From: Aulosira sp. ZfuVER01
Lineage (GTDB): Bacteria > Cyanobacteriota > Cyanobacteriia > Cyanobacteriales > Nostocaceae
Reading direction: 5' to 3'
Length of the DNA: 64,000 nt
Assembly: GCA_034530615.2 (NCBI GenBank)
Contig: JAVRCV020000015.1
Span: forward strand, 179,702 to 243,701
Shown here one piece after another: positions 1 through 10,251 of this stretch. Numbering within the stretch: the first letter of the stretch is position 1; each line of letters starts with the position of its first letter. The position numbers and the translations under genes were made by a program. The notes under the pieces were generated by a model that worked only from the letters and a program-made list of their open reading frames with translations, had not been told where the DNA came from and did no database searches.

Positions 1-670
1 CTGCACTAGGATCGAGGTCATGCCAACGGGCTAGCTGAATAGCTGCAAATAGTAAATCGCCTAATTCTGCTTGTTGGGCTTCCGGTGTTTCTTCAGCTAA
101 AGCCTGGCGAAATTCTTCTAACTCTTCATGGAACTTAGCCCACACTCCGTCGATGTTTTCCCACTCAAATCCCACCGCCGCCGCTTTTTCGGAAATCTTC
201 ATCGCCGCCATTAATGGGGGAAGGCTACGCCCATAGCGACTGAGTTTAACACTGAGTTTTTGATTTTCTGGAGATGGTTCGCCTTTTTCTGCGGCTTTGA
301 TTTCTTCCCAGTTTTGCCGCACTTCATCGACACTCGCAACTTCGACATCACCAAATACGTGGGGATGACGGCGAATCAACTTTTGGGAAATCCCTTCAGC
401 AATTTCTTTGAGAGAAAATTGTCCTGATTCACTAGCGATTTGGGCTTGCAGTACTACCTGTAATAATAAATCTCCCAACTCTTCTGCGATCGCCTTCCCG
501 TCGCCACTCTTAATCGCATCTACCACCTCATAGGCTTCCTCAATGACATAAGGTGTCAAACTCTCTGGAGTCTGCGCCAAATCCCAAGGACAACCACCAT
601 CAGGCGATCGCAACTTTGCGACCACCTCAATTAATTCCTGTAACGCCGCTAAAGTATTATTCATAGTCAT
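1..670 (-). CDS. mazG: Nucleoside triphosphate pyrophosphohydrolase MazG (3' end outside the window)
   Basis: Manual minus-strand translation: MTMNNTLAALQELIEVVAKLRSPDGGCPWDLAQTPESLTPYVIEEAYEVVDAI...EELGDLLLQVV...KLIRRHPHVF, the MazG signature. Start at 670 or 664; not in the ORF track because it runs off the edge. Confidence 0.93.
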   Translation of the reverse strand, partial: MTMNNTLAALQELIEVVAKLRSPDGGCPWDLAQTPESLTPYVIEEAYEVVDAIKSGDGKAIAEELGDLLLQVVLQAQIASESGQFSLKEIAEGISQKLIRRHPHVFGDVEVASVDEVRQNWEEIKAAEKGEPSPENQKLSVKLSRYGRSLPPLMAAMKISEKAAAVGFEWENIDGVWAKFHEELEEFRQALAEETPEAQQAELGDLLFAAIQLARWHDLDPSA

Positions 671-795
671 TTGTTATTAGTCCTTTGTCATTAGTTAAGA
701 GTCAATAGGCAAGAGTCATCATTCATTATTCTTCCTTGTCTTCCTCGTCCCCCTTGTCCCCACGTCCCCGCGTCCCCGCGTCTTCGCCCCCGTAA
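665..795. repeat. STRR-type short tandem repeats (heptamer TAGTCAT/TTGTCAT-like and 8-9-mer TCCCCGCG/TCCCCTTGT-like)
   Basis: tagtcatttgttattagtcctttgtcattag and cttccttgtcttcctcgtcccccttgtccccacgtccccgcgtccccgcgtc; overlaps the 3' end of the 719-1366 gene. Confidence 0.8.
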
Positions 796-1366
796 CCCGC
801 CGACTTGTTTTAGTAGATTTACGTTTCTTAATTTTGCCACTTGGAAGTAAGGCACGGATGCCTTGTTTTTTGACACGCTTGTATGCGGAACCGCCCCAAT
901 CGCTCAGAGAATGGCTCATCGCACCGAGTTCCATACCCAAGAATAAGGCAAGGAATTCAGTACCGTAACTCGTTAGCGATCGCCCGACTGTTCCACTGAC
1001 GTTTTGCCAAATAAAGGCGATATTCCACAGCTTTTCGGCAACTGCTAACACAACAATTGCCACAATAGCCAGTAAGCAACTCAGATAAAGTACTCGTAGC
1101 GTTGTGCCAATAATCGGCCCGTGGGATAAGAAAGAGCGATGACGTAAACTTTTTTGATAAGGTAGCCAAATCCAGCGCAAGAAACCCCAACGTTGGTATT
1201 GAACGGAGTAAATATCTAAATCCGGGCCGAACATCAACCCGCCAAACAGAAACCCGCCGGAAACCAATAAAGTCACATTGCTACTGCGAGTCTGCCAGAA
1301 AGTCACACCCGCCACAAACGGCAGAGCATACAGTGTAATGCTATCGTGGGTTCGACCAGAGGGCAT
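719..1366 (-). CDS. Putative metal-binding membrane protein (DUF2227 family)
   Basis: MPSGRTHD start, GPDLD and HRSFLSHGPIIGT motifs, SHSLSD near the C-terminus. Confidence 0.85.
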   Translation of the reverse strand: MPSGRTHDSITLYALPFVAGVTFWQTRSSNVTLLVSGGFLFGGLMFGPDLDIYSVQYQRWGFLRWIWLPYQKSLRHRSFLSHGPIIGTTLRVLYLSCLLAIVAIVVLAVAEKLWNIAFIWQNVSGTVGRSLTSYGTEFLALFLGMELGAMSHSLSDWGGSAYKRVKKQGIRALLPSGKIKKRKSTKTSRRVTGAKTRGRGDVGTRGTRKTRKNNE

Positions 1367-1448
1367 TTCAAGGTTCTCAAAAATTTTTTCTCAAAAATAC
1401 TAGCGCGATTAAAAATCTTTTGCTATATTGTTTAATTGTGAGTGCAAT

Positions 1449-1521
<73 letters not shown>

Positions 1522-1532
1522 TCAAGTTAAAT

Positions 1533-1571
1533 AAGGCTAGAGACAAGTTAAAATCTGTTTCTAGCCTTTTT
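1533..1571 (+). terminator. Intrinsic terminator after tRNA-Val
   Basis: AAGGCTAGA...TCTAGCCTT inverted repeat followed by a T-run. Confidence 0.7.
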
Positions 1572-1777
1572 AACTGTTTAAGAAATTGGTTAACATCGCA
1601 AAAGTACGGTGAGATTAAGTTTTTAAGTGCGATCGCGCTGATAGTGTAGTCCTGGTGTTGGTGCATCATCAGAGCTTGAAAAGCTTTACTCGCTTGTAAC
1701 AAGTTACAAGTTACAAGTTACCAATGACTAGAATAGAATTTGTTGGGTGCTATAGGATTTTTGCAGGACTCTCAATA

Positions 1778-2608
1778 ATGATGCTGACAGAAAAACTGGA
1801 GCAACTAAAAGCTATATTCGCAGAAATGGAGCAGGCGCTAATTGCCTACTCTGGGGGTGTTGATAGTACTTTGGTTGCCAAGATTGCTTATGATGTTTTA
1901 GGCGATCGGGCTTTGGCTGTGACTGCTGTTTCGCCGTCGCTATTGCCAGAAGAGTTGGAAGATGCGAAGATTCAAGCGGCAACTATTGGGATTCCCCATC
2001 AAATTGTCCAGACAAACGAAATGGACAATCCCAATTACACTTCCAACCCTGTCAACCGCTGCTATTTTTGCAAAAGCGAATTGCATGATACTCTCAAACC
2101 TTTAGCCAGGGAGTTGGGTTATCCCTATGTGGTGGATGGAGTGAATGCTGATGATTTACACGATTATCGCCCAGGAATTCAAGCAGCTAAAGAAAGAGGT
2201 GCGCGATCGCCTTTAGCTGAAGTTGGAGTTACTAAAATGGAAGTCCGCCAACTTTCACAACAACTAAGTTTACCTTGGTGGGATAAACCTGCTCAACCTT
2301 GTCTCAGTTCCCGCTTTCCCTACGGTGAAGAAATTACTGTTGCTAAGTTACAACGAGTTGGTAGGGCAGAAATTTACTTGCGAAAGCTGGGTTTAAATAA
2401 TTTGCGCGTGCGTTCCGAAGGAGATACAGCACGCATTGAATTACCGCCAGAAAAAATTAAAGAGTTTGTGTTGACAACAGATTTAGCGCAAGTAGTATCG
2501 GCTTTTCAAGATTTTGGGTTTATTTACGTAACACTAGATTTGGAAGGTTATCGTAGTGGTAAGTTGAATCAGGTTTTGCCACAAACAGCTTTAGGCGTTA
2601 AAGCATAA
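1778..2608 (+). CDS. larE: LarE-family ATP-dependent sulfur transferase (PP-loop)
   Basis: AYSGGVDS PP-loop, RCYFCK, DYRPG and PCLSSR motifs; start probably the ATGATG at 1778. Confidence 0.88.
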   Translation: MMLTEKLEQLKAIFAEMEQALIAYSGGVDSTLVAKIAYDVLGDRALAVTAVSPSLLPEELEDAKIQAATIGIPHQIVQTNEMDNPNYTSNPVNRCYFCKSELHDTLKPLARELGYPYVVDGVNADDLHDYRPGIQAAKERGARSPLAEVGVTKMEVRQLSQQLSLPWWDKPAQPCLSSRFPYGEEITVAKLQRVGRAEIYLRKLGLNNLRVRSEGDTARIELPPEKIKEFVLTTDLAQVVSAFQDFGFIYVTLDLEGYRSGKLNQVLPQTALGVKA

Positions 2609-2692
2609 AATTTTGTTGGAGAATTCATGAACTTTGAAAAGATAGTAAAGTCTACTTTACTTCCTTCTGCCACGCCAGTTGCCCTCTGCCTT

Positions 2693-3055
2693 CTAGTTTA
2701 TTTCCGCCTCCAGAGGAATCAGGACGCATCCGTTAATCTTCCAGGTGGTATCAGGCTGCTTTTCCATTAAATACAATGCTCTGACAGGAACTCCATCAGG
2801 CCCAAGCAGCAATACTAGTTGAGTAGTCTTGCTGTGGATGGTTGTGATTTTCTCAAAGAATACAGAACGAGGACGATACACGGCGGGATAACCGAGTCGC
2901 ACCATTTGGATAAAGTTTTCTGGGTTGCGAAATTGTATTTGGATTTCCGGGCTGGCAAGGGCAAAAGCAGCTGCGGTATCATCCTTTTGAAAGGCTTCTA
3001 ATTGACTTTCGATGACATAACGTATAGCGATGGCATCGCTATCAGTAATTTTCAT
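2693..3055 (-). CDS. DUF4864 domain protein
   Basis: VIESQLEAFQKDD..AAF..ASP.I...F..PENF..MVR.GYP.VYRP and W.INGC pattern. Confidence 0.8.
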   Translation of the reverse strand: MKITDSDAIAIRYVIESQLEAFQKDDTAAAFALASPEIQIQFRNPENFIQMVRLGYPAVYRPRSVFFEKITTIHSKTTQLVLLLGPDGVPVRALYLMEKQPDTTWKINGCVLIPLEAEIN

Positions 3056-3075
3056 AAATCTAAAATTGCGATCGC

Positions 3076-4143
3076 TCAATTATCGCGCTGAGTCGGCCTT
3101 AATTCTATCTGCTCTAGTGCTGCCCGCCAAACGTCATACCCATCTGGCGATAGATGTAACCCATCTGTGGTTAACTCTGGACGCAAATTCCCTTGAAAAT
3201 CTGTAAACCACCTATAAATATTTATATAAGTAACTTTTTCTTGTTTGGCAATTAGTTCAAGTTGTGTGTTGAGATTACGAATGCGCTGGTTAGAAATGGT
3301 TGGCAGGCGAGCAGGTAATATTGATTGGACAATTATCTGAGACTTGGGGTGAGCCTGCCGTAGGCTGCGCATAATCCGGCGATGATTGCGCAAAATTACT
3401 TGATCGCTAGTATTCTTGCGGATATCGTTAATCCCAGCCATAACATATATCGCATCGGGTTGCGTTTCGGAAAATGCTCCCAATCTTTTTAAGACACCAC
3501 TAGAGGTATCTCCAGATATTCCCTGATTTAACCACAATTTGCCAGCAGGCAGTTTTTCTTTAGGAAACCACATGCTCAAAGAATCACCTACTAAAACACT
3601 TAGATGATTTGCGCCTTTACCTTGAGCGATCGCTTTGGCTTCCAAAGCTAATAAACGTTTCCAATCTTCATAAGTTAGTTGGCGTTTGTTAGGTGAATCT
3701 GAAAATGATTCCAAGCTATCTTCATCTAGGCGTTTATTAATTTGGCCTGTTTTCAGCGCCGCTAATCTTTGGTAGTAAAGTTGACTATTTGAAGCCAGTA
3801 TCCGGTTAGCGCCTAGGGAGGTAGGATTACCTGATGACTCTACTGGTGCTGCTAAATCCTGATTAGTAAATTCTGGTAAAGCAGGCCCAAAGCTGGGAAT
3901 GAATTTCTCACCTACTATTGGCGGAGAACTATCTAAAGTTTGCAAAGCCTGACTAGTAAATTCTGGTAAGGAGACATCAACACTGGGGGTAGTTTTTTCA
4001 CCTCTTGTTGGCTGTGAACCCTGTCTTAAATCCCAATGAAATTTAGAATGTTCTGGCAGAATAATCGACATCTGTGGAAGAGCCGATGCTGGTATTGCCA
4101 ATACTGTTAACAAGCCTGCTGCCAACAGATAAGGGTCCCTCAT
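3076..4143 (-). CDS. SGNH/GDSL hydrolase (lipase/acylhydrolase), secreted
   Basis: Signal peptide; blocks GDSLS, NQGISGD, AGIND and DGLHLS. Confidence 0.9.
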   Translation of the reverse strand: MRDPYLLAAGLLTVLAIPASALPQMSIILPEHSKFHWDLRQGSQPTRGEKTTPSVDVSLPEFTSQALQTLDSSPPIVGEKFIPSFGPALPEFTNQDLAAPVESSGNPTSLGANRILASNSQLYYQRLAALKTGQINKRLDEDSLESFSDSPNKRQLTYEDWKRLLALEAKAIAQGKGANHLSVLVGDSLSMWFPKEKLPAGKLWLNQGISGDTSSGVLKRLGAFSETQPDAIYVMAGINDIRKNTSDQVILRNHRRIMRSLRQAHPKSQIIVQSILPARLPTISNQRIRNLNTQLELIAKQEKVTYINIYRWFTDFQGNLRPELTTDGLHLSPDGYDVWRAALEQIELRPTQRDN

Positions 4144-4688
4144 CGTTTTCTCTCTCCTATACTCATTGCTTTCTCTTATGACAGTGGTAACTGGTTAAAT
4201 TCAGGAAAATTTTACTTCGGTATAAGTTCTTATTTTGATTTACTAGGTCTATGTCTGTAAAGCAGGTTCACGGGGTTAAATTTCACAATTTACAATCTCT
4301 TTAAACCGAACTTTTACGGATCTTCAGCCAATTCTACCTGTTGAAATACTTTCAATACAAACATAGATTTTACTGACCCTAACGCTTTTCGTGATTAAAT
4401 TTAGGTGCTTACTGCTCTCTTAGCTTTATAGGAAAGTCAAAAACGGGCATTATATATGTCTTTTATTACACTAATATCCACTGTAATTACACTATATGCA
4501 ATTCGTAAATGGTTTTTGATTTTCTCATCAAGATGGCTGTTAGCTTTAATGTTGTTAGCATGGTAGATATCTAATTAACTTTAAGCTCGCTAATTTAGGG
4601 AATTTTACTGATTGCCTTGATTTTGCTAGAGCAAGAGGCTATCAATTTTAATTTTCTCATATAAAATTGGGTGATGCTAACGCATCAT

Positions 4689-4910
4689 ATGTCAAATATG
4701 GGATTAATCAGATTAAAGATTCGAGAACTAGCACAAGAGAAAGGATGGACACTAAAAGAGGTTTCCGATCGCTCTGGCGTGATTTACAGTACAGTGAGAA
4801 GCTATGCTCGCCGTTCTGGAATGACAACAGTAGATTTTACAGCTATCCACAAATTGGCTCGGACATTTGATGTGATGATTGAAGACTTAGTGGAAATTAT
4901 AGAGGAATAG
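4689..4910 (+). CDS. XRE/Cro-C1 helix-turn-helix regulator
   Basis: IRELAQEKGWTLKEVSDRSGVIYSTV...KLARTFDVMIEDLVE. Confidence 0.85.
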   Translation: MSNMGLIRLKIRELAQEKGWTLKEVSDRSGVIYSTVRSYARRSGMTTVDFTAIHKLARTFDVMIEDLVEIIEE

Positions 4911-5109
4911 CTCATTTTCAGAAGATTCTAACCTGAGGAATAGGAAATTTAGCTTTTTTTCTGCTAACAGTATTGTGCAAACATTGCTATTAATGCTTAG
5001 ATGTAAAATCTGTATTTAATCAATTTAAATTGATGACTATAGTTATATAGAAGAACCCCATTATAAATGCTAAGATTTAGGCGAAGTCATTAATATTTAC
5101 TATTATTTC

Positions 5110-5304
5110 GTGGCAAGAGCTAGTACTGCGATCGGTGTCAGTCCAATTATTAAGGAGATTGTGCAAAAACAGGCACATTCGACACGTTTGACTCTGAAAG
5201 AGGTGATACTTATGGGGATGTTAGCAATTGATAAACTCGACGATCAAAGTCGTCAAGAGCTAGCAGACGAAGTCCATAAAATGCAGGTGAATGGTGAAAT
5301 CTAA
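5110..5304 (+). CDS. Small hypothetical protein (64 aa)
   Basis: Isolated intergenic ORF with protein-like composition; GTG start. Confidence 0.65.
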   Translation: MARASTAIGVSPIIKEIVQKQAHSTRLTLKEVILMGMLAIDKLDDQSRQELADEVHKMQVNGEI

Positions 5305-5436
5305 ATCTGCTTTTTGGATTCTAAAATTAAAAGTTCAAAGCGAACATTTTAATTATTCAAAAAGTTATCACGTGATAGTTATCAAAGTTTGAATTAGAAT
5401 GTTATACCTCAGAATAGGTATCGTTGTTTGAGGTAA

Positions 5437-5552
5437 TATAGCGTTTCCTAATCTACTGAAGTACAAATTTATCTGCGTTTATCTGCGTCCATCTTCTTTT
5501 ATCGGCAGTTAATTCTTTCTTGCTGTACCTTACTAGTGTGAGAATTGCTATA
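5437..5552. mobile_element. MITE-like element with TATAGC...GCTATA termini and internal TTTATCTGCG-type decamer repeats
   Basis: Left end TATAGCGTTTCCTAATCTACTGAAGTACA versus reverse complement of right end TATAGCAATTCTCACACTAGTAAGGTACA (about 20/29 identical). Confidence 0.7.
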
Positions 5553-5592
5553 AACTCTGAGTTCAAATATAAAACTGGTCACAGTTTGTTGA

Positions 5593-6498
5593 TTATTGGC
5601 TAAAACGATAACGACTGCCCATAACATAATCCTCATCGATTTCAAAAGCTATCCATTGACGTTGCAAAGTCTCAGCAACAAACCCAGTAGTATTAGATCC
5701 TGCAAATGGATCTAATACTACATCACCTGCATCAGTCAAAAATTTAATAAAGAACTCCGCGAAAGCTTGAGGAAAACGTGCTGGATGGGACTTGATTCCT
5801 GCTGCTTTACAGCGACGCAAATAAGCACTATTTGATTCAGTATTGGCAATTTCTAGTAAGTTCGGTGGAATTGCACCTTGGTTATCCTTTTGGAATTTAT
5901 CAGAAATATCATGTCCGCTAGGACGAATTTTGGCTTGATAGCCATTTTTGAGTAATTGTTTCATACTCTGGCTATATGGCTTTAAAACTTTTCTATTATC
6001 TGCTTTAGGATTGGGTGTTTTCGATAACCACCAAACCATATTTACTGAATCTTTGACACGAATTCGCCTAATTGTCACCCACTCAGCAGGGGTAGGTAAT
6101 CTTGCCGGATTATAGTGATAAAATTCTTGCGCAAGAAAAAAGCCGACTTCTTTGCACAATCTTACTAAGAGTTCGTATTGGTAGATACTTCGCACAGGAT
6201 TCCCAGGAAGATAAGCACCACCTAAATCTAAAATAAATGAGCCATTATCAGCCAGTACTCGTTTAAATTCGTATGCGAAAGGTAGAAACCATTCTATATA
6301 TTTTTCTGCGTTTTCGTTACCATATTCTTTTTTGCGTGTAAGCGCAAATGGAGGCGAAGTCAGAATTAAATTAATAGTGTTGTCGTCAATAAATTTGAGC
6401 AGTTGTAGACTATCACCTAAATATATTGCTCCGTTATTTTGGGTGTAATAAGGAATAAAGATACTCTGTTCGTGTGTTTTTTGAGTTTTTGGTGTCAA
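5593..6498 (-). CDS. Site-specific DNA methyltransferase, beta class N4-cytosine type (M.PvuII-like)
   Basis: Catalytic TSPPF precedes SAM-binding DPFAGSNTT; KKEYGN, RPSGHDI, IPPNLL and HPARFP segments match M.PvuII as I recall it. Confidence 0.9.
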   Translation of the reverse strand: MTPKTQKTHEQSIFIPYYTQNNGAIYLGDSLQLLKFIDDNTINLILTSPPFALTRKKEYGNENAEKYIEWFLPFAYEFKRVLADNGSFILDLGGAYLPGNPVRSIYQYELLVRLCKEVGFFLAQEFYHYNPARLPTPAEWVTIRRIRVKDSVNMVWWLSKTPNPKADNRKVLKPYSQSMKQLLKNGYQAKIRPSGHDISDKFQKDNQGAIPPNLLEIANTESNSAYLRRCKAAGIKSHPARFPQAFAEFFIKFLTDAGDVVLDPFAGSNTTGFVAETLQRQWIAFEIDEDYVMGSRYRFSQ

Positions 6499-6595
6499 GA
6501 GTAGCTAATTTTTTACTTAAAAGTCTTCAGTTAAATAAAATAATATTTGCTGGCATCAGGATAGGGGTAAGCCCATCCCATGCAGTACTGAAAGC

Positions 6596-7036
6596 CTACC
6601 ATTTTTTGTAGGGAAGAAATTTTCCAGACATAGTAATTTTCACGCGATCGCCTTTAGGATCTTCTTCTTTTTCGATATCCAAGGTAAAGTCAATTGCACT
6701 CATAATCCCGTCGCCAAACTTTTCCTGAATGACATCTTTAATCGGGAAACCGTATACCTGCATAATCTCGTAAAAACGGTAAATTAGAGGATCGGTTGGA
6801 ACGACTGGGCCTAATCCTTTTAAAGGGTATGATGTGAGTTCGGGAATATAGCTAGTATCCAAGCCCAAAGCTTCAATTAGTAACTTAGCCTCATCTTCAG
6901 AAGCACTAGCTTGACGATAAAATACCGCAGCAATCCAGACTTCATCGCGTCCGAGAATTTTTTCTAAATCAGCAAAGCTCAGACCTTTGTCTTCCTTGGC
7001 TGCTAATAAGGCTTGCGTAATTTTGGGAATTGACAT
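6596..7036 (-). CDS. cynS: Cyanase (cyanate hydratase)
   Basis: [30 protein letters not shown]. Confidence 0.96.
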   Translation of the reverse strand: MSIPKITQALLAAKEDKGLSFADLEKILGRDEVWIAAVFYRQASASEDEAKLLIEALGLDTSYIPELTSYPLKGLGPVVPTDPLIYRFYEIMQVYGFPIKDVIQEKFGDGIMSAIDFTLDIEKEEDPKGDRVKITMSGKFLPYKKW

Positions 7037-7099
7037 CTGATAAGTTCTTTAAGGAATTAATTTTGTAAGCAAAAATTTTATCACGATTATCGGAAATAG

Positions 7100-7134
7100 G
7101 CGATGTCTCACGACAAGTCGCTACGCGTCTACGC
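7100..7134. repeat. Short dispersed repeat inserted into a HIP1 site (SDR5-like)
   Basis: GCGAT + GTCTCACGACAAGTCGCTACGCGTCTA (27 nt) + CGC. Confidence 0.65.
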
Positions 7135-7147
7135 TTATTCGTTGAGA

Positions 7148-7495
7148 TTATGTCAGTTGAAAAGTTTGAATCATTAATGTATCCAATTGCTGAAGCTGAT
7201 TAGCTCCTAATTTACCTATCCGCCTGGTAATTAATCTTCGCTCAATTGTAACAATCCGAGAAACTCGAACTTTAGAAATAACTTTTAATCCTGTATTAGC
7301 AAACTCGGTATCTGAAGGGTCTAAAATAAATTCTTCGTTAGTCAAATTAGTGACATTTTGAGAAGAAATAAAACACAGAGTTATATCATTTCCTGTATTA
7401 TCAACCCATAAAATCAACCCAGGACGCAACTTTGTTCCTGTTAAATCTGTAAACGGTAATGGAACCAAGACAATATCTCCCTTTTTTAAAGGCAT
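7148..7495 (-). CDS. PemK/MazF-family toxin
   Basis: KGDIVLVPLPFTDL...KLRPGLI, TGLKVISKVR..RIVTI; start overlaps the stop of the upstream gene. Confidence 0.88.
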   Translation of the reverse strand: MPLKKGDIVLVPLPFTDLTGTKLRPGLILWVDNTGNDITLCFISSQNVTNLTNEEFILDPSDTEFANTGLKVISKVRVSRIVTIERRLITRRIGKLGANQLQQLDTLMIQTFQLT

Positions 7496-7701
7496 TAAAT
7501 AGCCTCCCCATCTTCCAGGGTATATAAATCTGGTTCATCATATAAAAAATTAAATGCTTTATTTATCTGTGCAAATTCCATAATGTCATGTGTAGATGGA
7601 TAGGAAGAATCAAAAAATAGCTTTTCTTCCAAAAGTGATCGTTCTTCTTCAGATAGAGACAAGATAACGTGTATTAGAGATTCTACGAGTTTAATGTTCA
7701 T
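7495..7701 (-). CDS. Putative antitoxin upstream of the PemK toxin
   Basis: MNIKLVESL...SLSEEER...AFNFLYDEPDLYTLEDGE acidic small protein, translationally coupled to the toxin. Confidence 0.75.
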   Translation of the reverse strand: MNIKLVESLIHVILSLSEEERSLLEEKLFFDSSYPSTHDIMEFAQINKAFNFLYDEPDLYTLEDGEAI

Positions 7702-7842
7702 TATTAATAAATATTCAAGCGAGGTATCCCATTTACCTATAGGAAGTATAGCCATTCATTGAGGTAATTTTTTTTCATGAAAATCACCTAAGCTATAGAG
7801 TTCCCAAAAAAATAGAAAAAGTAACCACAAGTAAAAGTATAA

Positions 7843-7873
7843 AAAATCCCCCAACCTTGCGGCGGGGGATTTT
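7843..7873 (-). terminator. Intrinsic terminator of psaAB
   Basis: AAAATCCCCC...GGGGGATTTT inverted repeat about 30 nt past the psaB stop, with a T-run on the minus strand. Confidence 0.8.
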
Positions 7874-7903
7874 GGTTAATTACCTACAAAACTCGCAACC
7901 GGA

Positions 7904-10129
7904 TCAACCGAACTTACCAGCCGTCGAGGCAATTAGGAATGCTGCGTAGGTTAGAACATAGCCCACAGCGAAGTGAGTTAGACCAACTAAACGAGCTTGA
8001 ACAATGGACAGAGCAACGGGCTTATCTTTCCAGCGAACCAAGTTAGCTAGAGGAGTGCGCTCGTGTGCCCAAACAAGGGTTTCAATCAACTCTTGCCAGT
8101 AACCTCTCCAAGAGATGAGGAACATGAAGCCTGTTGCCCAAACTAGGTGTCCGAACAGGAACATCCAAGCCCAAACAGACAAGTTATTCACGCCGTAGGG
8201 GTTGTATCCGTTAATCAACTGAGCAGAGTTAGCCCAGAGGTAATCACGGAACCAGCCCATGAGGTAGGTGGAGTTTTCGTTGAACTGAGCAACGTTACCT
8301 TGCCAAATACCCAGGTGTTTCCAGTGCCAGTAGAAGGTTAACCAACCTACTGTGTTTAACGCCCAGAACAGAGCTAGATAGAAAGCGTCCCAAGCAGAGA
8401 TGTCGCAAGTACCGCCACGACCAGGACCATCGCAAGGGAATGCATAACCGAAGTCCTTTTTATCGGGCATCAGCTTGGAACCACGGGCATCCAAAGCACC
8501 CTTAACGAGAATCAAAGTGGTGGTGTGCAGACCCAAAGCTATCGCATGGTGTACCAAGAAGTCGCCAGGGCCAATTGTTAAGAAGAGGGAATTAGTGCCA
8601 GAGTTAATGGCATCCAGCCAGCCACTCAACCATACGTTACCGTAGTTGGGGTAGGCTGTGTAAGCTACGCTATCGGGGTTAGAAAGTAGAGTATCTAAGC
8701 CGTAGAGTACCTTACCGTGAGCAGCTTGAATGAACTGAGCAAATACTGGCTCAATCAAGATTTGCTTTTCAGGAGTACCGAAAGCAACTACTACGTCGTT
8801 GTGAACGTATAAGCCTAGGGTGTGGAAACCTAAGAAGAGAGATACCCAACTGAGGTGGGAGATAATCGCTTCTTTGTGCTTCAGAACACGGTCTAGTACG
8901 TTGTCTTTGTTTTGTTCGGGGTCGTAGTCACGAACCCAGAAGATAGCGCCGTGGGCGAAAGCGCCAACCATCAAGAAGATGGCGATGTATTGGTGGTGGG
9001 TGTACAGAGCTGCCTGAGTTGTATAGTCCTTAGCGATAAACGCATAGGAAGGCATGGAGTACATGTGCTGTGCCACCAAAGAGGTGACAACACCCAAGCA
9101 AGCTAGGTGCCAACCCAATTGGAAGTGAAGAGAGTTGTTGTAGGTGTCATATATACCTTGGTGAGGCATATTGAACGGACCTTCAACAGGTTTGCCAAAG
9201 AAAGTTTTGGCATTCATCATCTCTTTGATGCTGTGACCAATACCAAAATTGGTACGGTACATATGACCAGCGACGATGAATAATACAGCGATCGCCAAGT
9301 GGTGGTGAGCAATGTCAGTCAGCCACAAAGCTTCTGTTTGGGGATGGAAACCACCTAAGAAAGTCAGGATTGCAGTACCTGCACCTTGGGATGTACCGAA
9401 CACATGACCTGCTGTGTCAGGGTTTTGAGCGTAAACTCCCCAGTTACCGGTAAAGAATGGTGTCAAACCTGCTGGGTGAGGTGCGGTACTTAAAAAGTTG
9501 TCCCAACCTACGTGCTGTCCGCGAGCTTCGGGGATAGCAACGTGAATTAAGTGACCAGCCCAAGCCAGAGAGCTAACGCCAAACAAACCTGCCAAGTGGT
9601 GGTTTAGGCGAGATTCAGCACTCTTAAACCAAGCCAGGCTAGGACGATACTTGGGTTGTAAGTGCAACCAACCAGCAAACAGTAACACTGCTGCAAACAG
9701 TAGGAGGAAAACGGAACCGGTGTACAGTTCGCTGTTTGTCCGCATACCTATGGTGTACCACCAGTGGTAAACACCAGAGTAAGCAATGTTTACAGGACCG
9801 TTAGCGCCAGCTTGGGTAAAAGCTTCGATCGCTGGTTTACCAAAGTGGGGGTCCCAAATCGCATGAGCAATTGGGCGGATGTGGATGGGATCTTTAATCC
9901 ACTGTTCAAAGTTACCTTGCCAGGCTACGTGGAACAGGAGGCTGGATGCCCACAGGAATATGATTGCCAAGTGACCGAAGTGAGTGGCGAAAATCTTTTG
10001 GTAAAGATTTTCTTCCGTCATGCCATCATGGCTTTCAAAGTCGTTGCCTGTAGCGATCGCATACCATATCCGACGAGTAGTCGGGTCCTGTGCGAGATCC
10101 TGGCTAAATTTTGGAAATTTTGTTGCCAT
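7904..10129 (-). CDS. psaB: Photosystem I core protein PsaB
   Basis: [34 protein letters not shown] motif; 741 aa. Confidence 0.99.
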   Translation of the reverse strand: MATKFPKFSQDLAQDPTTRRIWYAIATGNDFESHDGMTEENLYQKIFATHFGHLAIIFLWASSLLFHVAWQGNFEQWIKDPIHIRPIAHAIWDPHFGKPAIEAFTQAGANGPVNIAYSGVYHWWYTIGMRTNSELYTGSVFLLLFAAVLLFAGWLHLQPKYRPSLAWFKSAESRLNHHLAGLFGVSSLAWAGHLIHVAIPEARGQHVGWDNFLSTAPHPAGLTPFFTGNWGVYAQNPDTAGHVFGTSQGAGTAILTFLGGFHPQTEALWLTDIAHHHLAIAVLFIVAGHMYRTNFGIGHSIKEMMNAKTFFGKPVEGPFNMPHQGIYDTYNNSLHFQLGWHLACLGVVTSLVAQHMYSMPSYAFIAKDYTTQAALYTHHQYIAIFLMVGAFAHGAIFWVRDYDPEQNKDNVLDRVLKHKEAIISHLSWVSLFLGFHTLGLYVHNDVVVAFGTPEKQILIEPVFAQFIQAAHGKVLYGLDTLLSNPDSVAYTAYPNYGNVWLSGWLDAINSGTNSLFLTIGPGDFLVHHAIALGLHTTTLILVKGALDARGSKLMPDKKDFGYAFPCDGPGRGGTCDISAWDAFYLALFWALNTVGWLTFYWHWKHLGIWQGNVAQFNENSTYLMGWFRDYLWANSAQLINGYNPYGVNNLSVWAWMFLFGHLVWATGFMFLISWRGYWQELIETLVWAHERTPLANLVRWKDKPVALSIVQARLVGLTHFAVGYVLTYAAFLIASTAGKFG

Positions 10130-10175
10130 AGGTTTGATAATTCCTCTGACCTTTAGCCATCAGGTTTCAGCATTT

Positions 10176-10238
10176 AGAGTTCTGAGTCCTGAGTTTTGAG
10201 CTTTAACTAGGCACTCAGCACCCAGTACTCAGTACTCT
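10176..10238. repeat. Inverted STRR heptamer arrays in the psaA-psaB spacer
   Basis: gagttctgagtcctgagttttgag facing actcagcacccagtactcagtactc. Confidence 0.7.
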
Positions 10239-10251
10239 ATTTGGCTGATTG

